Shown piece after piece: positions 1 through 9,553 of a stretch of 64,000 nt of DNA. The notes under the pieces are model-generated. The model was not told the origin of the DNA and ran no database searches. It saw only the letters and a list, made by a program, of their open reading frames with translations. The stretch spans positions 1-64,000 of the forward strand of contig JAJPCT020000022.1 of the NCBI GenBank assembly GCA_021323375.2, written 5' to 3'. Position numbers and translations under genes: made by a program. The first letter of the stretch is position 1; every line of letters starts with the position of its first letter. The DNA comes from Candidatus Wolframiiraptor gerlachensis (GTDB lineage: Archaea > Thermoproteota > Nitrososphaeria_A > Caldarchaeales > Wolframiiraptoraceae).

Positions 1-528
1 CCTCGATCCAGCCATCAGATACTGGAGCGTTGGAATAGGTTCGGATTTCTCATTAACGCCGAGGATTCTCGCCACCCTAGAATTGTATCCATCAGCGCCG
101 ATGAGGACTGAGCACTCATACTCCGCTTTAGGGGTCCTCACAATCAGCCCATCCCCCCTTCTCACGAAATCTATGAACGGCTCATTGACATGGATCTCAG
201 CGCCATGTTCCGCCGCCTGAACCGCAATCTCCTGGAGAAGCAGGGTCTTGTTTATCAGATATCCGGTCTCCGGTATCTTTATGCTCCTTCCATTCGGCGC
301 ATACACCCTCGCGCTCACCCTATTCAATATCATGGGCGGCGTCGGCTTAACACCAGCCGTCTCGAATGTATGCGAGCTAACCGCCTGCCCACACGGCTTA
401 ATGGCCATTATGGCCGGGTTCTTCTCAAGCAGAAGAGTCTTGGCGCCTGTTTTAGCGGAGGCCTTTGCGGCGGCGATGCCCGCGGGCCCACCACCAACAA
501 CCACAACATCAAATCTCTTAGAACCCAT
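1..528 (-). CDS. FAD-dependent oxidoreductase, geranylgeranyl reductase family (partial, runs off the window start)
   Basis: Hand translation from ATG at 528 gives MGSKRFDVVVVGGGPAGIAAAKASAKTGAKTLLLEK...KPCGQAV, with a GxGxxG FAD motif and KPCG. Not in the ORF track because its stop lies outside the window. Confidence 0.8.
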   Translation of the reverse strand, partial: MGSKRFDVVVVGGGPAGIAAAKASAKTGAKTLLLEKNPAIMAIKPCGQAVSSHTFETAGVKPTPPMILNRVSARVYAPNGRSIKIPETGYLINKTLLLQEIAVQAAEHGAEIHVNEPFIDFVRRGDGLIVRTPKAEYECSVLIGADGYNSRVARILGVNEKSEPIPTLQYLMAGSR

Positions 529-605
529 CCTATGATCGCCGAGAAACGCGGCTTGCCCGAGCTTATAGTTTTTCCCTCACTAGGCTACATATGGTGGGCG
601 GGGCT

Positions 606-1481
606 TCACTCGATCGTGATCACGTGGTTTCTTATTGTCCCGATATTCTCGATCCACATCTCGACGACGTCCCCGGGCTGTAGGAGCTTTGGCTCCGGCT
701 TCTGGAATACCCCGACGCCCGCTGGAGTTCCCGTAGCTATTATGTCCCCGGGCTCGAGGGTCACCCCCTGACTCAGTATCGAGACTATCTCGGGGATCTT
801 CCTGATCATATTGGATGTGGAGGAGCTCTGCCTTACCTCCCCATTCACGGTCGTGAGCATCCTGAGGTTATGAGGGGCTCCAACCTCCTCCTTGGAAACT
901 AGGCATGGCCCCGTCGGCGCGAATGTGTCCATAATCTTTCCACGAGTCCACTGCCCATCCCTAAACTGTATATCCCTAGCCGATACATCGTTTAGGATCA
1001 TGTAGCCGAAGATGTTCTCATAGGCCTCCTTCGGCTCTATGTCCCTGCATCGGCTGCCTATCACAATAGCCAGCTCTATCTCGTAGTCCAGCTTCTCGAC
1101 ATGCCTCGGCTTTATGATGGGGTCGAACGGACCTGTGAGCGCCGTTGCAGGCTTCATGAATATCGGCATGCCCTCGGGAGGCTCCATCCCAGCCTCAAGC
1201 GCATGGTCGAGATAATTCAGGCCGAGACAGATTATCTTCCCGGGATTCGGTATCGGCGGACCCAGATGAAGTTCTTCAAGAGATGTAGATTCCACCGGAA
1301 CTTTATTAATAACGGACTCAATAAGCTCCACGAGCTCCCTATCCGGCAAGAGGTCTCTAACATCCCTTGGAAGAGTCATGCCGAGAGCACTCTCGAGAAA
1401 GTCTCTCGGTATCACGCTGTTCCCCAGGATTAGGAAGCCATAGTCCCGCTCATCTTCAAAGTCATAACTCACGATCCGCAT
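606..1481 (-). CDS. fumarylacetoacetate hydrolase family protein
   Basis: KIICLGLNY, LDYEIEL, NDVSARD and IIATGTPAGVG motifs. Confidence 0.92.
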   Translation of the reverse strand: MRIVSYDFEDERDYGFLILGNSVIPRDFLESALGMTLPRDVRDLLPDRELVELIESVINKVPVESTSLEELHLGPPIPNPGKIICLGLNYLDHALEAGMEPPEGMPIFMKPATALTGPFDPIIKPRHVEKLDYEIELAIVIGSRCRDIEPKEAYENIFGYMILNDVSARDIQFRDGQWTRGKIMDTFAPTGPCLVSKEEVGAPHNLRMLTTVNGEVRQSSSTSNMIRKIPEIVSILSQGVTLEPGDIIATGTPAGVGVFQKPEPKLLQPGDVVEMWIENIGTIRNHVITIE

Positions 1482-1530
1482 GCTGCCCCCCTAAAATGCG
1501 AGGATGATTTAATTGTTTACGGCGCGTCTC

Positions 1531-2668
1531 CTAGACGCCTGGCTTCGAGAATATGAGTATGCTCTCCCTCGCCTCCCCGATCTTTATCACCCTTCTAGTT
1601 GTCGCGACCCTCTTATTCACGGCTATCAGCCTCTCCGGCTCGAACCCGACTCTCTCGGCGAGCTCGAGTATCAGTTTATCCGACTCGACAACCCTATCGG
1701 GGAAGACTCCCCCGGCGACGACGAGGGCGACCCTCCCACCGGGCTTAAGAACCCTGAACATCTCCTCCAAGCAGAGCCGCATATCATGGAAATATGCCTT
1801 CGCAACCTCTGGCAGATTCAGCTCGGGAAACTGATCCACGATATTCTTCGGGTTCAGCCCGAGGTAAGACCTGACAGGATCGATCTTCACGTCACCAAAG
1901 AAGAGCTCATACTCGATTCTATATACCTTGGTATACTCGATCTTGTTGAGGTAGGGTGGCGAGGTTATTATCGCGTCGAACATCTCATCCTCAAGGAAAT
2001 CCATCCTCCTAGCATCACCCAAGTATACCTCGAGCCTGCATGGCTTGAAGCTCAGCCTCGTCAAATCCTTTATCATTCTCTTGACAAGTCTTCTGAAGAA
2101 TTTCCTGAATGGTGGGACGGGCTTGTCTCTCACCACCTTCAGGACAGCGCCATCCTTGTATGCTAGCGAGACCTTCATAGCTGCATTCATCAGAGCCAAT
2201 GTGAAAAAGTTCCTGACAACCGGGTCCTCAATCTCCCGAATCTTCTCCCTGAAGAAAATTATGTCCTCGAGCGACGGCTTTAGGAAGAATTGCCTAACGA
2301 ACCCGCTGACGCATGAGAGGTCCGGCCTTCTGAATGGCTGGCTTAAGAGCCATCTCGCGGTCTTCCTAAGCTTCTCGAGATCATAATCCGCTATCTTGAC
2401 CTTGCTCACGAAGACGGCGAGCGGGGCCACATCCACACCCACACCATCTATACCCAGCTCCTTGCATGCTAGAAGGGTCGTGCCGGATCCAAGGAATGGA
2501 TCCAAGACCATCGAGCCCGGGCCCACTTCAAACTCCCGGAGCATCATGTGGGCGAACTCGCGAGAGAAGCCCTCCTTAAAGAAAAAACCAGTTATAGATT
2601 GGGGTCTTCTTGTTCGGGACGAATGTGACCAGCTTGCCGAGATCCCAGCGCTCCTCGTAGATTACCAT
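1531..2668 (-). CDS. orphan amino-DNA methyltransferase (SPPY, likely N4-cytosine) with a 1-nt frameshift near the 5' end
   Basis: DPFLGSGTT (motif I) and TSPPY (motif IV). The upstream segment from ATG 2668 (MVIYEERWDLGKLVTFVPNKKTPIYNWF) joins FFKEGFSREFAHMMLRE if one T is removed from the T6 run (A6 at 2582-2587 on +). Confidence 0.8.
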
Positions 2669-2717
2669 TCAACTATCTCCGAAGAGATATTTGTCAAGGC
2701 ATTTTATAGCGTTACCT

Positions 2718-3152
2718 CTAGCTTATGACCCTCAGGACGACCGCGGTCTCGGTGCTTTTCACCCCCTCTATCGCCCTTATCCTATCTATCCTCTCATTAA
2801 GCTCAGAGATTTTAGAAGCCGCGATCATCACCATCGCATCGAATCTTCCAGTAAGTTCATAGATCGCCCGGACCCCGGGCACCTTCGCTATCTTCTCGAG
2901 GATCTCGCCTGGAAGGCTGCTCGACTCGAACTGGAGGAAAATCACAGCGCTCACTTGGAAGCCCTCATCAACCTCGACAGTGAACCTCTTGATTATCCCC
3001 CGCTCCTGGAGCATCTTTACCCTCCTCCTGACAGCGGCCTCCGATAATCCAACCCTTTTCCCCAGCTCCACGAAAGGCATCCTACCATCCTTCTTCAGGA
3101 GCTCGATTATCTTGAGGTCCACAGGGTCGAGCGCATAATGCTCCTCCACCAT
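2718..3152 (-). CDS. Lrp/AsnC family transcriptional regulator
   Basis: LDPVDLKIIELLKKDGRMPFVELGKRVGLSEAAVRRRV HTH plus a C-terminal RAM domain. Divergent from ilvE; the start could be 3176. Confidence 0.9.
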   Translation of the reverse strand: MVEEHYALDPVDLKIIELLKKDGRMPFVELGKRVGLSEAAVRRRVKMLQERGIIKRFTVEVDEGFQVSAVIFLQFESSSLPGEILEKIAKVPGVRAIYELTGRFDAMVMIAASKISELNERIDRIRAIEGVKSTETAVVLRVIS

Positions 3153-3255
3153 CAGAATCCCAGCACATGAGGGCATCGCCAGCTATAATTACTTAGCTGA
3201 AGCTCCCTCACTCCCACCGGAACTTTTATCTAGAGATTCTAAGCTGGGAAGAGCC

Positions 3256-4146
3256 ATGGATGGGGAGCTTCTCGTTTATATTAATGGCGAGTATTATCCC
3301 AAGGGCAAGGCCGCGATCTCAGTCTATGATCATGGCTTCCTTTATGGGGACGGAGTCTTCGAGGGCATTAGGGAGTATGATGGCGTGGTCTTCATGCTAA
3401 GAGAGCATATTGACAGACTCTATGACTCGGCGAAGGCGATAATGCTCGAGATACCATTAACTAAGGATGAGATGATCAGCGCAGTTGTCGAGACTCTTAG
3501 GAGGAATGGGCTGCGGGATGCTTATATCAGGCTCGTTGTCACGCGGGGGGTTGGCGATCTCGGCCTAGACCCGAGGAAGTGTGGGAAACCCAATGTCATA
3601 ATAATCACGGAGCCGGCTCTAACGCTCTACAGCAGGGAGGCTAAGATGAGGGGGATCTCCCTTATAATATCATCGGTTAGAAGGGATAGGGTTGACGCGA
3701 CAACCCATCAGATAAAGTCCCTGAACTACTTGAACAGCATACTTGCGAAGCTTGAGGCGATAAATGCTGGAGCGGACGACGCTGTCATGCTCGATGATAG
3801 GGGCTTCGTCGCCGAGACAACCTCAACGAACATCTTTATGGTCAGTGATGATGTGATAGCGACGCCTCCCCCGACAACCGGCATTCTCCCCGGAATAACT
3901 AGGGCATTTGTGATGAAGCTCGCAAGAAGGCTCGGATACCAGGTCGAGGAGAGGGAGATCACGCCATTCGAGCTAATCACGGCGGATGAGGTTTTCGTGA
4001 CGGGAACCGGGGCCGAGATCCTGCCAGTAACAAAGATCGCAGGGAGAATCATAGGAGATGGAAAAGCTGGAAAGATAACTCTCAAGCTAATGGAGGAGTT
4101 TGAGAAGGAGTGCAGAAACCCGGCAAACGGCGTAAAAGTCTACTAG
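3256..4146 (+). CDS. ilvE: branched-chain amino acid aminotransferase (PLP class IV)
   Basis: DHGFLYGDGVFEG, KSLNY, ILPGITR and ADEVFVTGT motifs. Confidence 0.93.
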   Translation: MDGELLVYINGEYYPKGKAAISVYDHGFLYGDGVFEGIREYDGVVFMLREHIDRLYDSAKAIMLEIPLTKDEMISAVVETLRRNGLRDAYIRLVVTRGVGDLGLDPRKCGKPNVIIITEPALTLYSREAKMRGISLIISSVRRDRVDATTHQIKSLNYLNSILAKLEAINAGADDAVMLDDRGFVAETTSTNIFMVSDDVIATPPPTTGILPGITRAFVMKLARRLGYQVEEREITPFELITADEVFVTGTGAEILPVTKIAGRIIGDGKAGKITLKLMEEFEKECRNPANGVKVY

Positions 4147-4191
4147 CCCCAGTAAATTCAAAATAGAGGCATAGCTTAGTCTCCCACAAGC

Positions 4192-4300
4192 GCCGGGGTC
4201 CCATAGCCTGGTAGTGGGTCGGCCTGGAGACCCTTATTCGGCTGCCCCAGAAAGCCGATGCCCCTTCCGGGGCGCGTGGGTTCAAATCCCACCCCCGGCG
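4192..4300 (+). tRNA. tRNA-Ser(GGA) with a 23-nt intron at 37/38 (4230-4252)
   Basis: Acceptor GCCGGGG/CCCCGGC with discriminator G, anticodon stem TCGGC/GCCGA, anticodon GGA at 4226-4228, long variable arm, T arm GTGGG-TTCAAAT-CCCAC. The CTGG/CCAG helix is flanked by 3-nt bulges. CCA is not encoded. Confidence 0.92.
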
Positions 4301-4502
4301 CATAAAGCCCTTAAACATCCTACCTTATCTCGCAAGCGGCATCCGCAATAAAACTTAACTTTTCAGCCACCACTGCCCAGAGAAATAGGGCAATACAGCT
4401 AAAATATTCTAAGAATAACCTTGTTATTAAACTTGTAGCTGCCTCATGTTCAACATGTTTATTAGAAGACAAGTTTGGTAAAGATGTTGGAGGTGTTGAC
4501 AG

Positions 4503-5231
4503 ATGTCAATGGAGATCACACCATTAAGAGTTAGTGATATAGGAGGGCCTAAGCACGCGCCCCTCGACGCCCGAGCTATTGCAGGAGTCATAGAGCATAC
4601 ATTGTTGAAGCCCAATGCCACGGAGGATGATATTAAGAGGCTGTGTGAAGAGGCTAGGAAATATGGTTTCGCGACTGTTTGTATCAATCCAATATACATC
4701 CCGCTTGCGAAGGATCTGTTGAGGGGTTCTAATGTAAAGGTGTGCGTGGCTGTAGGGTTCCCGCTCGGAGCAACATTTAGTGAGGTTAAGGTCTTTGAGG
4801 CCAAGAAGTATGTTGAGGAAGGAGCTGATGAGATTGATATGGTGATGAATATCTCAATGTTTAAGTCTGGGAGGTATGATTATGTCTTGCGGGAGAAAAG
4901 AGAGGTTAAGGAAGCTGTTGGAGATAAGATGCTTAAGGTGATAATTGAGACATGTTACTTGAGTGATGAGGAGAAGGTGAGGGCGGCTAAGATCGTGGAA
5001 GAGGCTGGAGCGGATTTCGTTAAGACCTCGACAGGCTTCGGCCCCGCCGGGGCAAAAGTTGAGGATGTAAAGCTCCTTAGAGGCGTCTTATCACCTCGCG
5101 TAAGAATCAAAGCTTCTGGAGGCATTAGAACCGCGAAGCAGGTCATTGAGCTCGTAAAAGCGGGCGCAGACAGAATAGGGACAAGCTCCGGGGTTAACAT
5201 CATGAAAGAGCTTGAGAAAATGTCGTTATAA
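4503..5231 (+). CDS. deoC: deoxyribose-phosphate aldolase
   Basis: EHTLLKP, GFPLGA, GADEIDMV, KVIIET, FVKTSTGF and KASGGIR motifs. Confidence 0.95.
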   Translation: MSMEITPLRVSDIGGPKHAPLDARAIAGVIEHTLLKPNATEDDIKRLCEEARKYGFATVCINPIYIPLAKDLLRGSNVKVCVAVGFPLGATFSEVKVFEAKKYVEEGADEIDMVMNISMFKSGRYDYVLREKREVKEAVGDKMLKVIIETCYLSDEEKVRAAKIVEEAGADFVKTSTGFGPAGAKVEDVKLLRGVLSPRVRIKASGGIRTAKQVIELVKAGADRIGTSSGVNIMKELEKMSL

Positions 5232-5268
5232 ACATGAACAAGCCTCAAAAAACCAATATGACCTCAAA

Positions 5269-6609
5269 CTATTTTGTTTGCACGCATTTCTTGAAGTACT
5301 CCTCTAATTGCTCCACATACTTGTAGCCGCTATCCGGGAAAATTAGGACTATGTTCCCCCTTTCCGGGGAGATCTTTCTGAATGCCTTGAAGACAGCCCC
5401 GGAGCTCAATCCTATGAGGAGGCCCTCCCTCCGCGCGACCTCGATCACTCCCTCGATCGCCTCATCCAGCGTCACATCAATTACCTCGTCGAGCTCGACC
5501 ATATGTATCCATTTCATCCCGGATTCGATCCTCCTTATCCCTGGGATGACGTGGCCTTGAGCTGGTTGGACGCCTACCACCTTGACACTGTCGCCATACT
5601 TGCTCTTGAAGTAGAATGATATGGCGCTCATGTGCCCGGATGTTCCGAGCCCGCCGATAATGTAGTCGGGCTTAATGCCTATGGACTCGAGTTGTTGATC
5701 AAGCTCCCTAGCAGTATACTTTAGATGCACCTTAAAGTTCGCGTCGTTCTCGAACTGGTTCAGGTGGGTTGCGCCATCCCTTTTCGCAGATGCTTCCACC
5801 TCTGAGATAGCCTCCACTGTCAGGCTGACCGGAACCCTGACGATCTCGGCGCCTAGGGCCCTGAGGAATACATCGCTAGCCTTCTGGATCGTCTTCGGGA
5901 TGAAGAGCTTAACCCTTCTTCCTAGAGCATTTGCTATCGAGGCCAGCGCTATCCCAGTGTTAGTGGATGTAGCCTCATATAGCAGATCTCCGAGGGAGCC
6001 GCGGCTCAGCGCATCCATTATCATCGCCCAGCCGATCCTATCCTTTACACTATTGCTGAACGGGTTGAAGGATTCGAGTTTCGCATAAACCCCCCTATAA
6101 TCGGATGAGAATGATCTTAGCCTTACAAGGGGTGTCGGCCAGTTCTCCACGAGCAGGGACAACGTATCATCATAAACCCTAAGCATACGTCTGTCAAGCC
6201 TCACATCTCCGTAGAGACAATCCAAAGGCACATTTATTGATGGGATGTCGATCAGGTACCTTATCTCGAAATCGCGAAGGGGGAGCCTGCCCCGCCCAAG
6301 CCGGAGCTCCTCAAGCAGATCGCCCACCTTGAGGAACTCCCCTGAGAGCCGCTTAATCACGACTTGATCCTGGCTAATAAGCAATGCTGGAGCCTTAGAA
6401 GCCGATAGAAGGTCTAGTGCCTCGAGAACCTCAACCCCTCCAACAACCATCCCCGTATTCCTCTCGACTATTAGTGGCTTGTCGAGGCGCCGGCTTCTCA
6501 AGATACGGTCATAAGCCTCCATGACTGAGGCTAGGCCGACCTCGAAAACCCTCTGTAGGGAGGCAAGATCAACGAGCTCGATATTATTCGAGGCCTCCAC
6601 CACCTTCAA
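5269..6609 (-). CDS. cysteine synthase / O-phosphoserine sulfhydrylase family protein with an N-terminal degenerate ParB/SerK-like domain
   Basis: PTPLV, AKLESFNPFSNSVKDR (PLP lysine), EATSTNTG and GLGTSGH motifs, plus about 140 extra N-terminal residues. Confidence 0.85.
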   Translation of the reverse strand: MKVVEASNNIELVDLASLQRVFEVGLASVMEAYDRILRSRRLDKPLIVERNTGMVVGGVEVLEALDLLSASKAPALLISQDQVVIKRLSGEFLKVGDLLEELRLGRGRLPLRDFEIRYLIDIPSINVPLDCLYGDVRLDRRMLRVYDDTLSLLVENWPTPLVRLRSFSSDYRGVYAKLESFNPFSNSVKDRIGWAMIMDALSRGSLGDLLYEATSTNTGIALASIANALGRRVKLFIPKTIQKASDVFLRALGAEIVRVPVSLTVEAISEVEASAKRDGATHLNQFENDANFKVHLKYTARELDQQLESIGIKPDYIIGGLGTSGHMSAISFYFKSKYGDSVKVVGVQPAQGHVIPGIRRIESGMKWIHMVELDEVIDVTLDEAIEGVIEVARREGLLIGLSSGAVFKAFRKISPERGNIVLIFPDSGYKYVEQLEEYFKKCVQTK

Positions 6610-6672
6610 CCTCGAGAGAGCTGGGGATGATGCGATTATAAGTTTTCCCGAGAAAATTTAAATTACGTTGTT

Positions 6673-7182
6673 ATGCACATGATGGGGGTAAACATGATGC
6701 TGCTTGGACCTGCTGAAGAATATGTGGATGATGATAGTCTTAAGGATGTCCTCCGAGAACTTTCATCCCAGATTGTGATACTTCCTATCAGCCTTCTGAA
6801 GCCTCATGAGGATGTTGATCCGGGTTTTGTCAGGGAGCTCGCCGAGGATATCAAGAGATGCGGCCTTCTCAAGAAGCCTATAGTTGTTGATAGCGAGACT
6901 CTGATCATAATAGATGGCCATCACAGGGTTGAGGCCCTAAAAAGGCTGGGATGTAGGAGGATCCCGTGCCTCTTCGTGAATTACCGCTCCCCCAGAATCG
7001 CGGTCCTAAGCTGGAGGGGAGGGGAGCCACTTTCAAAGGAGCTTGTCTTAAATGCCGGCCTAAGGGGAGAACTTCTGCCCCCAAAGACTACACGTCACAT
7101 CATAATGCTTCATGGAAAGACATGCCACATATCTGAGATACAGTTCGACATCAACATCCCGTACAAAGAACTAATACCATGA
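6673..7182 (+). CDS. ParB/Srx-fold protein, SerK/SbnI-like free serine kinase candidate
   Basis: LKPHE, KPIVVD, IIDGHHR and C-terminal PPKTTRH motifs; divergent from the cysteine synthase. Confidence 0.7.
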   Translation: MHMMGVNMMLLGPAEEYVDDDSLKDVLRELSSQIVILPISLLKPHEDVDPGFVRELAEDIKRCGLLKKPIVVDSETLIIIDGHHRVEALKRLGCRRIPCLFVNYRSPRIAVLSWRGGEPLSKELVLNAGLRGELLPPKTTRHIIMLHGKTCHISEIQFDINIPYKELIP

Positions 7183-7265
7183 TAGATTCGCGTGAAAACT
7201 ATCAATTTTTCGCCCCGCACGTGAATAAAAAGATGTGGGTATTGTGAGGTTGGGGGATGGCCTCG

Positions 7266-7880
7266 CTATCCTAGCAGCGCCTCAAGCCTCTTGCCAACCT
7301 CGTCCCAGTTGACTATGTTCCAAAATGCTTCCACAAAGTCCACCCTCCTGTTCTTGTAATCTATGTAGTATGCGTGCTCGAAGACGTCGAGGACCATTAT
7401 TATCGGGAATGCGGGGTAGATGTTGATGTTATGTTTCTCTATCTGCATTATCAGAGGCCTTCCTAGTATCCTGCAGAAAGCTAAGGCCGCCCAGCCGGAT
7501 CCCTCCACGCTAACAGCAGCCTGTGTGAACTCCTTCCTAAATCTCTCGAAGCTCCCAAACTCCTTCTCTATAATGTCGGCAAGCCTTCCACCCGGCTTCC
7601 CCCCACCCTTCTCTGGAGGCGCGAGGTTTCCCCAGAACGTCGAGTGGAGAACGTGCCCGCCTATGTTGAAGGAAAGCTCCTTCAAGGCGGCCTTCATGTC
7701 TATGTCAAGGTTCCCCTTGCGGGCCTCCTCAAGCCTTTTCAATATCGCGTTCGCGCCATTCACGTATGCCTGGTGGTGAATCGTATGGTGTATTCGGAGC
7801 TGTTCCTCGGACATGTAGGGGGTGAGATCGCCGTAGCCGTATGGTAGCTGCGGTAGGACGTAAAATTTCTCGGATGGCAT
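7266..7880 (-). CDS. sod: Fe/Mn superoxide dismutase
   Basis: [15 protein letters not shown] and DVFEHAYY motifs. Confidence 0.96.
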   Translation of the reverse strand: MPSEKFYVLPQLPYGYGDLTPYMSEEQLRIHHTIHHQAYVNGANAILKRLEEARKGNLDIDMKAALKELSFNIGGHVLHSTFWGNLAPPEKGGGKPGGRLADIIEKEFGSFERFRKEFTQAAVSVEGSGWAALAFCRILGRPLIMQIEKHNINIYPAFPIIMVLDVFEHAYYIDYKNRRVDFVEAFWNIVNWDEVGKRLEALLG

Positions 7881-7979
7881 CCTACTTCACATTACATGGT
7901 TATCCTTCACAGCGTTATATACATTTCGCCGGATAAAGGTTTTTCAACGAGCCAGCTCCCAACATTATGGGTGGTGCCT

Positions 7980-8159
7980 TTGGTGGCTGAGAGAAGAATT
8001 GGCGGCAGAGTCCTCTACTTCTGCGAGGAATGCGGGTTAGCCTATGAGGAGAGGATTTGGGCTGAGAAATGCGAGGATTTCTGTTTAAAGCATAACGCCT
8101 GCTCCCTAGAGATCACGAGACATGCTGTGAACGTGGATCCCGAGGATTTAGAGGAATAG
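7980..8159 (+). CDS. small Cys-rich hypothetical protein
   Basis: CEECGLAY...AEKCEDFC..HNACSLEI; likely TTG/GTG start at 7980/7983 after GGTG. Confidence 0.65.
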   Translation: MVAERRIGGRVLYFCEECGLAYEERIWAEKCEDFCLKHNACSLEITRHAVNVDPEDLEE

Positions 8160-8190
8160 CTCCTTAACCGTGAAATTTCTTCAAGATTAC

Positions 8191-8982
8191 TCATGTGAGT
8201 GATCTTATGAGACCACCATCCACCTGTATGACGACGCCGGTAACATAGCTGGCCCTTTCAGATGCTAGGAAAGCCACAACATCCGCTATCTCCTCGGGCT
8301 TCGCAAACCTCTTCAGTGGTATGTCAGCGGCCCACTCCCCTAATATTTCTTCTGTAGGCTTCCCCGTTCTATCGGCCTCCGCCCTTACAAGCTCCTCAAC
8401 CCTCCTTGTCAGAGTCCAACCCGGGCAGACCGCGTTAACGAGTATCCCGTATTCTGCGAGCTCTAAAGCAAGTGTCTTCGTCAATGCCAGTATGCCCGCT
8501 CTCAGCGTGTTTGAGAGGATCATTCCGCGCATGGGCTGTTTGGCGACAAATGACGCCATGTTTATGATCCTACCCCATCTCCTCCTCTTCATATGAGGTA
8601 TCACAAGACGACAAGCGTATATTGTGCCCATTAGCAGCTGGTTGACAGCATCAGTCCACATCTCATCAGAAGTTTCTTCGAAGAGGGCTGATGGTGGGCC
8701 GCCGGTATTATTCACCAGTATATCTATCCTGCCAAAGCTCTCGAGCGCCATATAGACCATGTGGGCGACCTGTTCCTTAACCCTTAGATCCGCCTCAACA
8801 GGAAGAACCTCTGACCCGGTCTCAGCCCTAATCTCCTCAGCAGCTTTAGCAATCCTATCCCAGCTCCTAGAGCATATAAGGAGCTTGCAGCCCTCCCGAG
8901 CCAACGCCATTGCTATGGCCTTACCTATCCCGCTGCTTGAGCCCGTGACAATCGCAACCCTACCATGAAGCCCCAGATCCAT
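8191..8982 (-). CDS. short-chain dehydrogenase/reductase (FabG-like)
   Basis: TGSSSGIG, LVNNTGGP and VDGG motifs. Confidence 0.9.
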   Translation of the reverse strand: MDLGLHGRVAIVTGSSSGIGKAIAMALAREGCKLLICSRSWDRIAKAAEEIRAETGSEVLPVEADLRVKEQVAHMVYMALESFGRIDILVNNTGGPPSALFEETSDEMWTDAVNQLLMGTIYACRLVIPHMKRRRWGRIINMASFVAKQPMRGMILSNTLRAGILALTKTLALELAEYGILVNAVCPGWTLTRRVEELVRAEADRTGKPTEEILGEWAADIPLKRFAKPEEIADVVAFLASERASYVTGVVIQVDGGLIRSLT

Positions 8983-9006
8983 CCCAAAATCATCCCCACG
9001 TGATTC

Positions 9007-9465
9007 TTAGATACTGTTATCCCTTACTATGAAGCGCCTATCTAGGTCCTCCATTCTGCCGCGTTTTATGTTCTCAACGAGCTCAAGCACCCTCCTTTTT
9101 ATCTCTTCTCTGATCCTCCTAGCTTCCTCTAGCGGCAGATCCGCTGGATCTGCTATATTCCACTCCAAGACCTTTTTAGCGTATATTACGGGGCACTGGG
9201 ATCCGCTACAGACTATGATGGCAAGATCGGCCTGCTCCTGAATCTCCCTATCAAGGAGCCTCGGCCTCTTGCCGCTTATATCTATTCCCTCCTCGAGCAT
9301 CAGCTTGACCGCATTTGGGTGAACCATCTCAGAGGGCTTCACACCAGCGCTAACCGCAGTCCAACCTTCCGGAGCATACTTGTTAAAATAGGCCTCAGCA
9401 ATCTGGCTCCTAAAACTATTCTCAACACATACGAAGAGAACTCGTCTCATACTCCTCGAGGACAT
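9007..9465 (-). CDS. arsC: LMW-PTP family arsenate reductase
   Basis: FVCVENSFRSQIAEA P-loop, SAG, CxxxxC and WNIADP motifs. Confidence 0.8.
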   Translation of the reverse strand: MSSRSMRRVLFVCVENSFRSQIAEAYFNKYAPEGWTAVSAGVKPSEMVHPNAVKLMLEEGIDISGKRPRLLDREIQEQADLAIIVCSGSQCPVIYAKKVLEWNIADPADLPLEEARRIREEIKRRVLELVENIKRGRMEDLDRRFIVRDNSI

Positions 9466-9553
9466 AACTCCCGCATAAATTGTCGTGAATAGCATTACTT
9501 TAACGTTGTTTCGCCGAAATTCTTATAAATATGTTATAAACCTCTTAGAGGTA

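Noticed and set aside
190-771. Plus-strand ORF 190-771 and the many other antisense or nested ORFs in the track (e.g. 1513-2166, 18219-18830, 29080-29838, 61389-62021)
   Set aside because: They are shadows of well-supported genes on the opposite strand and show no recognisable motifs.
4192-4300. tRNA-Ser as the attachment site of an integrated element
   Set aside because: I found no duplicate of the tRNA 3' half and no integrase in the window.
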